Assembly (NCBI RefSeq): GCF_009914755.1
Contig: NC_060944.1
From: the human T2T-CHM13v2.0 reference genome, Homo sapiens
DNA length: 64,000 nt
Strand: one strand, 5' to 3'
The notes beneath the pieces were generated by a model that saw only the letters and a program-made list of their open reading frames with translations, was not told the origin of the DNA and did not search any database. A program made the translations under genes and the position numbers. Below, piece after piece: positions 43,563 through 57,572 of this stretch (positions are counted from its first letter, which is position 1; each line of letters begins with the position of its first letter).

Positions 43563-45729
43563 TTGCTATATTTCTTTCATCTTCCTACTTCCACTTCAAT
43601 GCAAATGGACTCTGCCCCTTGTTATTATTACTGTCTGTTTCTTTCCAGGCAGCAAATCACCACCTCTTTTGATGTCCTAAATTATCAGCAGTCTCAATAT
43701 CAAGATCTACATAGTCATTAATTTACAAAAAGCTATTATTAGGAAGTGAGATGGTAGTAAAAATAAGGTAGGTGAAGTTATACCCACAAAATAGAATATC
43801 GGGGTGCCAGATCAATATTTAATAAATGGTTGAAAACTTCAAACATTTAAAGATTATTTTGTGGTTAACAAGTTAGAGAAAACACATTGCCATTAGACGA
43901 CATTTCTTATGTGCTTCTTTACATAGTGACCTGGTGCTTGATGTGCTGTGAAGACAGGATGCTCATCGCCTTATAGTTTATCGATAAACACAGGCAATAC
44001 AGAGGCAGGCAGCTAGTAGAAAATATAGATAGGTGTTGGATAAATTGATAATAAAAGGGTAAGATTAAGTGTTTTGTTTGGTCTTATTTTACCATTTCAG
44101 ATTTGCTTGATTATTAATTTCCAAAGCCCCAGAAAACCCAATTCTCCTGCATTCCTAGAAATCGTGGCAGGTTTCCATCTATAGAAAATTACATGCTTTT
44201 CTAGGTGTTTCAGAGGTTTAAGTTGCTTAGTTCTTTAAGAAACTGCTCCAAGCTGGGGTGAGGGGAGAAGAGTGTACCAGTATCAACCCACTTACACAAA
44301 GAAGGACTTGACTATTCATCAGGTATCTAGGGACAATTTCCTGAAGATGATGGAAAGAAGACAGTGCCTAACACTTGGATGGTAAGCACTTCAACAGTAT
44401 TTACTAAATTAAAGAAGGGAGGAAAATAGGAACTAGTCCTGCCTTACCCATCTTTCCATTCCTTCCGCTTTGTGTTTTCATCTCAGTTTTGTCAGATCCA
44501 TTTCTCTGGCCTCTCCAACTCTCAAAGTTCCAGCCCTGTGATTCAGCCATCGCAACTCTCCCAAAGTGTTCATTGATCACATTTCCTCCCTAGTCATTGG
44601 CACAGTGCTTCTTTCATATTTGATTCTTGACACCTGCAGGTTTTCCATTTTGGCTCTCAACTTTTTTTATTATACCCCAGTGGGCTTTGTTTTGTACATA
44701 TCCCCCACCCTGAGTGTAGCCTCAGAAAGGTGGACTTTGGTTCTCAATTATAAGAATATATATATTCTTTCTAATAGCATCATGCTGGGCACTGTAGTAT
44801 CCAATCCTATAGTGCTTACAAGGCACTTTATTCCACACTAACTCATCTGACCCTCACAATGGTGTTCTCAGTTGGATAGGATGACCCTAACTGTTCAAAT
44901 GGGGACTCAGAGTACAAAGGAGGTCACAGAGTTGGTATATAGAGAAACCAAGACACAAACCCAGTTTTCCTGTCTCTAACTCTGGGAATTATTTCTTTGC
45001 ATCATGCTATTTTAAAAAGTACTAGCACTGCTGAAATTCTTGGACTTTCTTTATAATACACAACCTTAGAAGAGAAAGTAAATCATTGCTAAGGAAAGGA
45101 ACTTTTCTTAGCTCAAAAAACAGCCTCAAGAGGACTGAACCTCTTAGAATGCTCGTCTTTGCCCAGATGATCACCAGCCACACTCCAACATATTGATACA
45201 GATTTTATGATTTTATAATTTTGGGTTCAGTTGGCAGGACTCACTCTTCCAAAAATAGCTTTGGCCTTAATGGGTAGGATGAGCTGCATTACAAAGGCCC
45301 TCAACTCCATAAAATTTGGCATCCAGCCAAGCCTTCAAAGGTGACTAAAGAAGAAATATCAAGAAAGACCAGAGGTTGGTACTGCCTTGTGAACCTCTCA
45401 ACATCTATTGGAACTTATCAATTTTATAGATATTCACATTCCAAAGCAAGGAGCATTTGAGCTTTTAGAGAGATTAGAAGACCCTAAAAAGTGCATCTCG
45501 CTCAAAAGGTGTCCAGCTTGTCCAGTGGTCATTGTCCAATCTGATTCCATTTCAAAATCATTTCCATATAACCAGCTTGATGGTGAGATTCTTGAAAAGT
45601 TCTAGACCAGGAGGAGGAAATGAGGGTTTGGTTCCTGGCTGTGCCACTAACCGACTGCATGAAGTTAAGCAAATTATGGGGCCTATTCCAACCTCGTTCT
45701 TTTTACAGGTCTGACACCTACAACGTGTC

Positions 45730-46200
45730 AGACACTGGGAATAGAACAGTCCACAAGACAAAGTCCTTGCTCTAAGGGAACTTACCTTCTAGGGAAGATA
45801 TATGATAAACCAATACATAAATATATAATAAGGACATGAAAGCAATAGAGAACAAAAGTGCTGTGAAAAAGATGCTGTTTTGGATAGGATGGTCTTTTGA
45901 GCAGTGAAATAAAATAAATATCTGAGGGAATAGAGTTCCAGGTGGAGGGGACAGCAGGAAGGCCATGAAGTTGGGGTGCACCTGGCATCTTCAAGGAACA
46001 GGGAGAAGGCCAGTACTTCTGGAGCAGAGGGAACAGCCGGGAGAATGGAAGGCAAGGAGGTGAGCGATAACAGGGGCCCAATCCTGGAGGGTCTTTTAGC
46101 TTTGGTAATGACTTTGGATGGGAAGGCAGTGGGGGAATCTGAGCAGATGAGGGTATGAACTGACTTAGGTTCCCTGAATGTGACCTTGGCTGCTGTATGA
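45730..46200 (-). mobile_element. L2 fragment
   Basis: gacaaagtccttgctcta.gggaacttaccttctag, gagttccagg.ggagggga cagca, gatgggaaggcagtgggg. Confidence 0.7.
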
Positions 46201-46979
46201 AGGACGGGCAGCCATTTCCTCATCTGATAGCAAACTGGTATGGACCAGAGAAACGAGAAGCTTCCCACTGCCACTCTAAGAGCTGAGATTCCGAGTCATA
46301 TGTTTTACTGAACAAATTACTGCCCATCTTGGTTGAAGCCCATCGGGGCCTGAGCTAAGTCTTTGATCCCAGAGGCCAAGGCAGCACCATTCCTCGCCAT
46401 TAGCCCATGGCTAGTGACCCGGGAGGTACAAAGTCAATCCTAGCTACAGCAGGAACTCCTGCAGAACCTGTGACCCTCATAGCCAGGGGGTCTCAAACCA
46501 GCGGGATACATCTCAGAGTGGCTTTGCTGCGACGTACCTTTGGGTAGTTTGAGACTGAAATGACTCTAGTCACTACTTTTCATTTCCATCCTTTCTTCCC
46601 TAAAGGTCAACTGGAAAGGCAGCCGGCTGAGAGAACTCGATCTCTGTCCAGCAGAGATTATTTTGTGGACGCTCAAGGTTCTGAGAGCTTACTTCCTTTT
46701 TCTGGGTCACCTGCTTGGTGTGAATTCATCCAAAATCATCCGTTTATTTTTAGAGCTATAAATTATATCTGCATTTCTACTCTCCTGCAGAAATTCAAGC
46801 TCAGAGCTTGGGCAGGGGCCCTGTGTTTGAGGCACAGAGACTGGCAAAGCGTCTTGCCTCCCACCTCTTCTGAAGTGAGGCCTCTGCGCTACTGTGTCCC
46901 AGCCCTTCAAAAATCCTGAGTCATTTCACTGTTTCTGTTTCTCCCCTTTCCCCAGCAAGCTTCCTGATGCAAAGGAACA

Positions 46980-47630
46980 CCGGAGCGGGGCGATTGCCTC
47001 CCTAGAGCTGGGCCGGCCACCCCCACCCCTCGGGCTGCTAAAGCAGCGGGCCGGGCGGAAGGTCGGGGAGCCAGAGCCCAGGGAAGAGCAGAAGGCGCGG
47101 GGGGGCGGGGGGGGCACCCAGGAGGGAGGACGGGGCAGCGGTGAGGGTGTAGACGGGAGGGAATCTGTCCGGTGCCGCAGTGAGTTGGGTGGCGGTGATT
47201 TGTTCGCGGGCGCAGGCTGGGAGGCGGGGTTCCTGACTCACTGCGGCACTGGCAGGGCTGGTGACAGCACCACCCCCGCGCCGCCTGCAATCTGCCACCG
47301 CTGCCACCGAGCCGAGGGGCGCCAGCAAGGCATCCCCTGGGTCAAGGGGCCTCCCGTGGGCTTTCCAAACAGCCTGTGCTCATTTCCGCGGGAGCCCTCG
47401 GGGCGCTGTGCTGTGGCTGCATTGTCACTGTTTGTTTATTTCTACATCTGCTCTGTTAGAAGATAGGCTCGCTTAGGACAGAGCCTTCTAATCCACCCCC
47501 TGATGAATTCGGGCCCTCGCCTTTGGCACAATGCCTGGCGTCATCACAACGCGGGTGATCAGTAAACGGCAGCGAAGGAAGCGGGGTCAGGACTGGAGAG
47601 GAGAGGGGGAGGAAGACAGACGACCGGAGA
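46980..47630. promoter_or_regulatory. CpG island, candidate promoter or enhancer
   Basis: Only clearly CpG-dense non-repeat stretch in the window; GC boxes (ggggcgggg at ~47102, ggcgggg at ~47223), AP-1 TGACTCA at 47235, CGTCA at ~47539. Confidence 0.75.
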
Positions 47631-50497
47631 GGAACAAAAATGGAAGGTAACTTGAGCTTTCATAACTGCAGAAGTGCAAAACAGCTCCCTGTGTGATATA
47701 GGAAGTAAAACCGTAGAGATGGGACTTGGCTGGCCTGCCCTTCACACACTTTAGACATTAACCCAAAGTTCATGCTCCTGCCATGACAGTGATGGTGGAC
47801 AGGAGGGAAGAAAATGACAAGGAGGAAAGGAGGTGTCTTTTGCTCTTAAAAATGAGAAGGGTCATAAACAATCCATCGGCTGCAAACCACGAGTTGCCCC
47901 CAAAGCAAAGCAGGTTAGTGGCTGCTGCCGCCTCATCATAGCTTCAGAACCCACAGAGCCTGGAGGACTGTCAAACATTATCTAATATCCCATTCTACAG
48001 AAGAGAAAACTGAGGTTGAGGCAGGAACGCAGACAGGAATCAAGGTTTTGGGGTTGGGATTTGCAATCCATTACTTTGCCTCCTGCATCCACTGCTTTTC
48101 CCTGGGCATTCTCTTCTTCCGGTTTCTTGGAAGTTAAAATTGCGAGAGAAGCAACACAGAGTGGTTTTCCCAGGGCCTCGACCTCGGTAAGGGAAGACGT
48201 GGAATTCCGAGTGTGGAGACCCAGACAGCCTCCGAAACCCCCACGCAACCCTGGGCGTTCAGCAGCTGCCAATGCCCGCCTGACAAGTTTCTGGGGCATC
48301 TCTGCACACGGAGAGGTGTGTCTCCTGCAGCTCCAAAAACAGATTTTGCCATCTCATCCCCATATTTGCAGTCTCCAGTTGGCTTCTTGTGATTGGCCAG
48401 AACTTTTCCTCACTGGAGAGATGAGGAGAATCCAGTCCTCCAACCAGCTGAGAGAAAACACTGCAGTAGCAGAGATAGCAATGGCTGTTCCACCCCACAC
48501 TGATACGATGTCAGGGAGCCAGGGGTGGGCTCAACAGGCTGAATGATGCCAGGGACTCCCAAGGGTCTATACATTTAACCCTGGAGGAAGTGGCCTCTGA
48601 CCAGGTACCTAACCTTCTGTACTTCTCGTTCTGTAATTGGGGGCATCAGAGTGTATTCTTTGGCTTTCTGGAAAAAAAGATTTCTCAAATTTTAATTTCG
48701 GAAGTTTCCATCAGGACTGGCAGCTGTGTACACAGAAGGAGGTTGCTAATGTATTTCAGATTGGGGGCAATTACAGCTTCCCACCTACCCACCCCAATCT
48801 ATTCCCAGATCACTGCACCACACTGACTCTTGGCCTCCTCTAGAGTTGGAAACTCTACCTGAGAGATGCACTCCTTTAAACTAACATAAAACCTAAACTA
48901 ACAAAACCATAGCACTTCAAGGTATCCTTAGGGTAAGGTTTAATGACCTATTAATATCTCTAACACAGCAATTCTCTTGCTTGGCTATTCACTAGAAGCA
49001 CTTGGAGAATTTAAAATAACACTGATGCCCAGGCCATACCTCAGACCATACCTCTAGAGGTGTTTTCTAAAAGCTCCCCCAGGTGACTATAACAACAGTA
49101 AGACTGAAAACCTCTGCTCTCGTGGGAGCTGCTAGTTTGCTGGTCAGCATCTGTTCTCCCTTCCACTAATAGCACCTGATGTTCCTTTGGAAACCCCACT
49201 CTTTCTTGGTCCACTTGATTGAGTTACACTAACCCCATCATCACCTCCCATTTTACTTTTTTTCAGGGAATAGCAGGCTACCAGTTTGGCCCCTTTGCAT
49301 TTTTCCATTCCCCTGAAAAAAGTAATTGGTTCAGGCAGAAGATGTGATACAAGGGGGTCCAATGAAAATCAGTCTCAAGACTGGCTGAAACTATTGGGAA
49401 GGGAAAGATCTGTTTCTGCTGCAGTTATTTAGGAGAAAACATGGGAGCCTTGAGCTTCCAGCAGGCATTTTGCCACCACATGGAGAAAATCTGCTTGTAA
49501 ATTAAGGCAACATAGAGGAAAAGAGATTATTCATAGAGTGAAAAAGACTGAAATCTAATTAATACCACTTCTGAAGCCAGATACTTCCAGTAACAGATAT
49601 TAAATCCCCCTTTTCACCCAAGAAAACTTTGAACTGAGTTTTCTATGATATGCCGCATCATAGCAGAGTTAATCTGTTGCTTTAAAATGCAGAGAATAGA
49701 GTTCTAATCTAATATGACAGCAAACAAGCAAGCTTCAACATTCCTGGTCAAAGATTCCAGATAGCTAAAGACAAGTGGGTGCTGTCCATCTTCAAGGATA
49801 ATGGCTTTCAGTGGAGAAGGGTGAGGAAACTGAAGACAGCAATGTTCTACTACATGTTTTTTTCAGTTAGTATCAAGAGTTATTGGTAGCTTAGCCTTTG
49901 CTAAATATGAAAGAGCTTAAGAAGTAAAGAGGTTCCAACCATAGGAACCTCTTTTAACCGTAACTATAAGAGCTTTTATAATAGCTCTTATAGGTTTTTA
50001 TAGTAGCTCTTATAGGTTTTAACCATAACTGTAAGAGCTTTTATAATAGCTAATATAGCAGTGATGTATAGGAAGTACACAGAAGCACACAACAGACCAT
50101 CAAGACAATGCATTGGATGTTTCAGATTCCCTTCTTGGTCACGGGAGATTCCCTGGAAAATGTGCCCTCTGTCTGAAAGTGCAAGTGAAGCCAAAGTAAT
50201 TGATTGGCTGCATTTTAGATTTGAAAGTTTTTCCATGAACAATTGCCATGTAACAAGCTACCCCTAAATTTGGTAACTTAAAAAATGATGTGTTTGACTT
50301 GTCTTTGTATAGACTTGGATAGCTTTTCTGGGCTTACCTGGGATCTGCAATTGGCTTCTGGTCAGCTAAGTGGCTCTGTGTCTGAACTTGGCTGGCTCTT
50401 GGCTGGGGCAATGGGAGTGATGAGCTAATGTATCTGTCAACCCTTCAGAGCCTAGCCTGGGCTTATTCACATGGGGGAGGCAGGGTTCCAAGAGTGA

Positions 50498-50983
<486 letters not shown>

Positions 50984-52039
50984 TAACAGATGAGAAACTA
51001 CAGACACCGAGCTTACCCAAGTCCCCATTTGATTAAATAAATTATATAGGATTATGCTGCCTTCCACACTGATACTCTGTCCACACTGATGTTTTGTCCA
51101 CTATATCTCCTTTTTCCAAGTTATTTCCCATACGATGTAGCTCATGTCCATTATCATAAGATCTCTGCGAAGTGGTTAGGCAGAAATTGCCTAAATGTGC
51201 TACCTAACAATGGAAGAAACTGATACTCTTCTTCTCAAATTCGCCCATCAAATATATAGGAATTCTTTTCCAGGAATGGGCACTGGAGTCACAACAGAAA
51301 GCAGGGCAGACATAGATCTTATCTGTACAGAACATAGAGTTTACCATTTAAGTGGTGTCACTGGGACTTCAACCAAGACTGTATGATTCCTCCTCTGGAT
51401 GTACTTTTCACCCACAGTGGTTGTTATGGTTCCCTGAAGGCTAGTTCGTCTATCAAAGCCAGTTGTTTGTATTTGTGACGGGGCAATCCATATTAATTTA
51501 CAGGGTTCTCAGCCTCCCCTCATCCCCTTCTCTTCTCCTTGTGAATGAGAATGCTCTGTTTGATCACTCAACTTTGTGTATTCCCCACTGTCTTTACTGG
51601 GTAAGGTCCCAGGATTTGTGGTGGTTGACTCTGAATAATGGGAAGATAAAGTTTAGAAGAATCAGGAAGAAAAAAGTAAGAGAATGAGACAGGAGAACCA
51701 CATAAGATTGGGCAGCAAAAAAAGCTGGGGTGCAGAATAGAAAGGAAGGGATTTGTAGAATGAATAAAACTACAGGCCACATGAAAACTAGAGAGAAGAA
51801 AGAATGTTTTAAAATACTGTACTGAGTTATGAACTGAATCTCTTATTTTTCTTCCAGATACAGAAGTGAAGTTTGATCTATTTTTTATTTTTATTACTAT
51901 CGGCCACTAACTTAGTTGGTTTTTAATGTAACACTTTGGCAGGCCTAAACCACATGCAAACTGGGTAGTTATCTGGAGCAAATTTAATTAAGAATCATTA
52001 TGTCCCCTGAAAGGACAACCAGAGTTTGTGCCTTCTCTA

Positions 52040-52580
52040 AATACTTGGTCCAAATCAAAACATCAATTGTCCTTTTCTTAATGAAAAAAAAAAACCTCAA
52101 CTCCATACTTTATTCTGGTTTCATTGATTTTTCCCGAATAACATTTTTTCTGTTTCAACATCCTAATTGGGATACCACATTGTATTGGTTTGTCATGTCT
52201 TCCTAACTCCTCTGGACTGTGGCAGTTTTTCAAACTCTCCTTTTTTGGGGTAACCACAAAAGTTTTGAGGAGAGCTAGTCAGGTGAAATGCCTTTCAATT
52301 GGATTTTTCTAAATTTTTCTTTTCATAGTTACACTTGAGTTATTGTCTTCCCACAGAGAAAAGACCACAGAGGCAAAATGGCATTTTAAACACATGATAT
52401 CAAGTGTGCATATCATCAACGTGACTTATGACCAATGACGTTAACCTCGACCATCTGGCTAATGTGCTGTTTGCCAACTTCTCCACTGTAAAGTTGCTTC
52501 TTTCTCCCTTTCCATCCTGTATTCTTTGGAATCAAGATGCTAATTGTAGCCCACACTTAAGGAGTGGGGAGTTCTGTCTT
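52040..52580 (-). mobile_element. Old L1MC/MD 3' fragment
   Basis: aaagaccacagaggcaaaatg.catttt..cac atgatatcaag; gcccacacttaaggagtggggagtt. Confidence 0.7.
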
Positions 52581-55500
52581 TAACCATAGTGAAGAATTTT
52601 ATTTACTGGAATTTCATTTAAAGTTGGAGTGGGAAGGAGGATGATTCTCAGAAGAACAATAGTGTAAAGAACAGAAGAACAATACTGTAAAGCATAAGGG
52701 GTGAGGGAGTTCCCATATTATAAGCATGATGGGCAGAAATATTGCAGAGTAGGGAATGAAGAAATGGGAAGCCACATGCTGGTGAAAGGAAGGTTTGGAA
52801 AAAGAGAGAAAATTTAGCAGTTGTTCTCACTGAAAAATTTTGTGAAGAGATACCTAGAGAGAATGTTGTGAATGTTTTCTGAGCAACTCACTGTGAGAAG
52901 CCCCTATACTACATCTTTGAGAAAACTTACAGTAAAGATTTACATTCATCTTCTAGGTACCAGAAACTACACTGTTATCTTGTCCAGGCAAAAACTGGTC
53001 CACAAGAGAGTCCTATCATATTTGGGTTGTACCAGCAAACAATAAGTTGGGCTGGGTCTAGATCTGAAATGAAAGATCTGTAATCCAAAGACCAGATCAA
53101 GCATATTGTTTAATTTCTTCAACCTCAAGGAACTTATAAAATTGCTTATAGTAGCAGATTTTTGCAATGGCATCCATTAGTTCCACAGCAGTTTCCCATT
53201 ATTTATCTAAACATGCAAGGGGTAGAGTGGCTAATAGTGGGATCTTTGGACTGTCTTGAAGATTGGACTCTTTTGTTAATTTTGTATTCCTCGATTATTG
53301 CTTATACATATATTGTACTCCATTGTGACTCATATTTTTTGGTCATTACTTTTTACTTACATATAACCCATAACGTTTTTTATGTATGTTTCTACTGCAG
53401 AGAGAAAGATTATTCCCCCACTCAATACCTATTAACTGATTGGCTGCTTTATGGTTGCTATTTCCATTCTGCACACTTGTGTTGAAAGATAAAGCTTCGA
53501 TAACTTACAAGGAGCAGTTTAGCAAGTTGAAAGAAACTAGATGTAGGATCCATGTGTTTCCACAAAGGATATGCAGGCTTCAACTAGAAAGATGATTTAA
53601 GTGTTTAGGGAAGAAATAAGCATGTTCTAACAAGAGTTTTGCAGTCAGCAAAACAAGGTATGTGGTAAATAGGTCCTATCTTGGGAATTGCCAGAGCCCA
53701 GAGCTTGTGCTGTTGGCCCATCCAAGGAAACCAGTTAAATTAACTGTCTGGAAGGCATCCACAGAGATCCTTGGCTGGGAGGCAGAAGCAGGACATGGAA
53801 CAGGTGCCCCTTTCCACTATTCCTGGGCACAAAGTCTCATTTCCAGCACACGCTGTGGCAGCAGGAGATGCAGTAAATCAACCAAGCTTCATTTCATCTC
53901 AGAAGTCCTCTGTGTACTAATAATGCAGGGAAACTTAGCTCATGAAGGAAAGAAAAAATAAATAAATGCTGACGGTTGTTAGAGCTAGTCCCAGTGATAA
54001 GCCTGGAACAGGCAAATATTCTTAGTGATTCAGACAATTACTATTAAACAGAGGCCAGTTTCCAAGTGACGTTGTGGTGCCAAACACAGCTTTTATCATT
54101 TTTGATGAGATTTTTATGATGCTTGTTATCTGCCAATATTATTAATGTTGTTAATGACATAAAAAAATTAGCATTTGCCACCTGTGTGCCAGAAGGCAGG
54201 CCTTCTTCCTTCTTTGGTCTTTGTTCTCACTAGTTTCATAGGCCATCTTTGCTTTGAGAAGGAGCAAAGTTGTCAGCCTAGACCTTGTTTGAGTTCTTGT
54301 CTGAAATATACTGGTCACCTAAGTGCATAATTCAAAGAAGCCTCCAGCTTGGTAGCTCCTGGGCCTCAGTCCTTCAATTTGCCTTTTAAGACTGCTGGGA
54401 AATAATAGCATTCAGTTAGCTGTTACTCTCACATTAGAAAAGTAAAATGAAGTATTCCACAGAAAAAAAATAAAATATTTTGTTTCAACATCAAAATCTT
54501 AAGTGGGATTGGATATGAACCCTAGAAGAAGACCATCTCTGGGAAATCCCTATTGCAAGGACAGAAGCAATAAGATTCTTAGCCAGAAAGAAGCGATCCT
54601 TGGGCCAAATGCAGTGCTGCCCCCAGTGGTCTGGATAGCAATGCTCTGTGAGACCAGCAGCTTTCAGTCTTGGGAAGAACTCAAATCTCCATCAGATAAA
54701 AATGTCTAAACTGGCCCATACCCGTATTATCATGGGGTGGACTTGGGTGCCGTGTGGACTGTGCAGGCCACATTTGGGTTGGTTAAGTGTCTTAATCTGC
54801 CCTGTACCCATAGCTAATGTATCCTTAAGTGGGAAAGGAGAGACAGATGATAGATAACTAAATACAACTACAGTCTGCATCATTCACTAAAGCAAGTCAA
54901 GTGACCAACCCCAGATCCAAGGAGTGTGGAAATAGACTCTGCTCTAGACGCTACCTCATAGAAAGAGGAATTATGAGATCACCTGAAAAAGGATACATGA
55001 ATACAGGGTTGGGCAAAGAATTAGGACAAATGGTGCAATCCATCACTACCAGTTTAACATCATCTCTTTCAGATTAACTCAGTCTCATTTGGGCAAATAA
55101 TTAATCACTTTTTATTCAAATGCTCTAGAAGGATTGTTATCTCTTCCTTCTCAGTGGATCTCACAACCTGATCTTTCCTTCTAATACAGTGTTTGGGAAC
55201 AGGTAGAAGTTTATGTTCTTACCTACATATTGTTCTCTGCTGGCTCCCAGTGACCTCAAGTTCAGATATACCCTACCAGGGAAAACTCTAATTTTGCTGC
55301 ATCTATTGCTGATGGGTCTTGTGTAATTTATAGTCTGTCCTTGCTGAATTGTCTTTCTTTGGGGGTCTTGGTGTTGAAATTCCTCCTCTGGGACATGGCA
55401 ATGATTCCCATTCAACCTAGAGCCTGAGTGACCCACCCTACAGGCCTCTTCTACAAAATCACCACATTCTTTACTGAGAGTCCTTTGGTGGAGTCATAAG

Positions 55501-55986
55501 TCAGTTTCCTGGGGCATGCAGGAAAGTGAATTCTCTGTAAAGCATTCTCAGGCTAAGGCAGGCGAAATAAGCTTTCTTGGTATTTAACACTATCATGTGT
55601 TCATTTCTTTTCTTTTTTGACATCTCCCTGTTGGCATAGGACTCATCTTAAGGTCTTTAAATGTTCTAGGATCTGCTGGTAAAAGTGAGGAATAATTTTC
55701 CCTGTTCTGGCATTCCTCCAAAACTGTCTGGTTATTTCTCCCACTGTATCATCTTGGATGCTTTTGGCTCTAAATAACAGAAACCCTGACTCAAACTGGA
55801 TTAAACAAGAAAGAACGTCATTATAGCACAAAATGAAAAGTCTAGCATTAGGTTTGGTTAATTCAGGGGCTCAGCAATGTCAGCTGGGACATGGGTTATT
55901 TCCATCTCTTCACTATGAAATCCACACTGTTGACTTCATTCCAAAGCTGACTTTTCTGCATAGCCAGAAGTTGGCTGTAAATAGTA

Positions 55987-56392
55987 CAGTAATACCCCCC
56001 TATCCAAAAGGGAATTGTTCCAAGACCTCTAGTGGATGCCTAAAACTGCTGATAGTACCAAATGCTATATATACTATCTTTGTTCCTATCCATATATACT
56101 ATGATAAAGTTTAATTTATAAATTAGGTACCATAAAGATTAACAACCGTAAGTAAAATATGGGTTAGTTGAACACAAGCACTATAATACTACAACAGTCA
56201 ATCTGGTAGCCGAGAGGACTAAATGACTAATGTGTGGTAGCATGTACAATATGGATATGGTGCACAATTTAAAACTTGTGAATTGTTTATTTCTCAAAAT
56301 TTCCATGGAATAGTTTCAGACTGTGGTTGACCATAGGTAACCGAGATGCAGAAATCAAAATAAAATCATGGAGACGGGGGGAATGACTACTG
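55987..56392. mobile_element. MER44-family (Tigger) MITE inserted in an MLT1 LTR
   Basis: TA|cagta..ccccc.tatcc...ttccaagacc...agtggatgcct.aaac ... gggg.gactactg|TA. Confidence 0.8.
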
Positions 56393-57095
56393 TATGGAGA
56401 GCCTGCTTCCTCCATCACCAATGGGAAAGAAAAATAGAAAACTTCTCTGTAACCTTGTATTTAAAAACTTTTCCTCCATCTTCATTGGGTCATCTCAGAA
56501 CAAGTAAGAATGGACAGAGGAATACCATGTGCTGACTGACGAACGCCTGGGTTTCTGAACCAATTGCCATCAAGGGGATTGGGATTACCATAATTTTTGC
56601 TGAGACTAAGCCCCACCCCAGTAACCAAAGGTGAGTTCAGTTTCTCTGGTCACTATGGACTGTGTGAGGTAAGATGGGCAGCTATCAAAATAGTCAGTCT
56701 ATCAATAAAGAGCAGGCAAATACGAAGCTAATTGCTCAAAAATAATCATCTTAAGTGATCATCTAAAACTATCTTTCTAAAGGTTTTGTCTATCTGCTAG
56801 AAGGAACCAGTTCACTCATATCTGACCTCCTGCCCCTCAGTTTCTCTTTCTCCCTCTCTCTTTCAGTGGTGGGAAACTTTCTACTCCTTTCTGTCTCATT
56901 GAAACTTTCCTTTTAATGTAAGCTAAGTTTTTCTACTCTGCTTTACAGCGAAACTCTGTGTTCAGTCTCCACACATTGCTCTTAATATGTAAAGAAAGGC
57001 TTAACTATTTTTAATTTTTTCTTTGCTGACAAAAGTTAGCTTTCTAAACTTTTGTTTCATTCAACTTTTAAGTTGTGATTCAGTGACACCTCTTA

Positions 57096-57572
<477 letters not shown>

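Noticed and set aside
47290-47410. CTCF sites in the island (gaggggcgcc, cggggcgctg)
   Set aside because: Only the 3' half of the motif matches; core positions mismatch by eye.
46894-47466. 190-aa ORF and overlapping antisense ORFs across the CpG island
   Set aside because: G/P/R/A-rich low-complexity translation expected from stop-poor GC-rich DNA; no recognisable domain.
48016-48546. 176-aa ORF
   Set aside because: Non-ATG start inside a MIR-like fragment; no recognisable homology.
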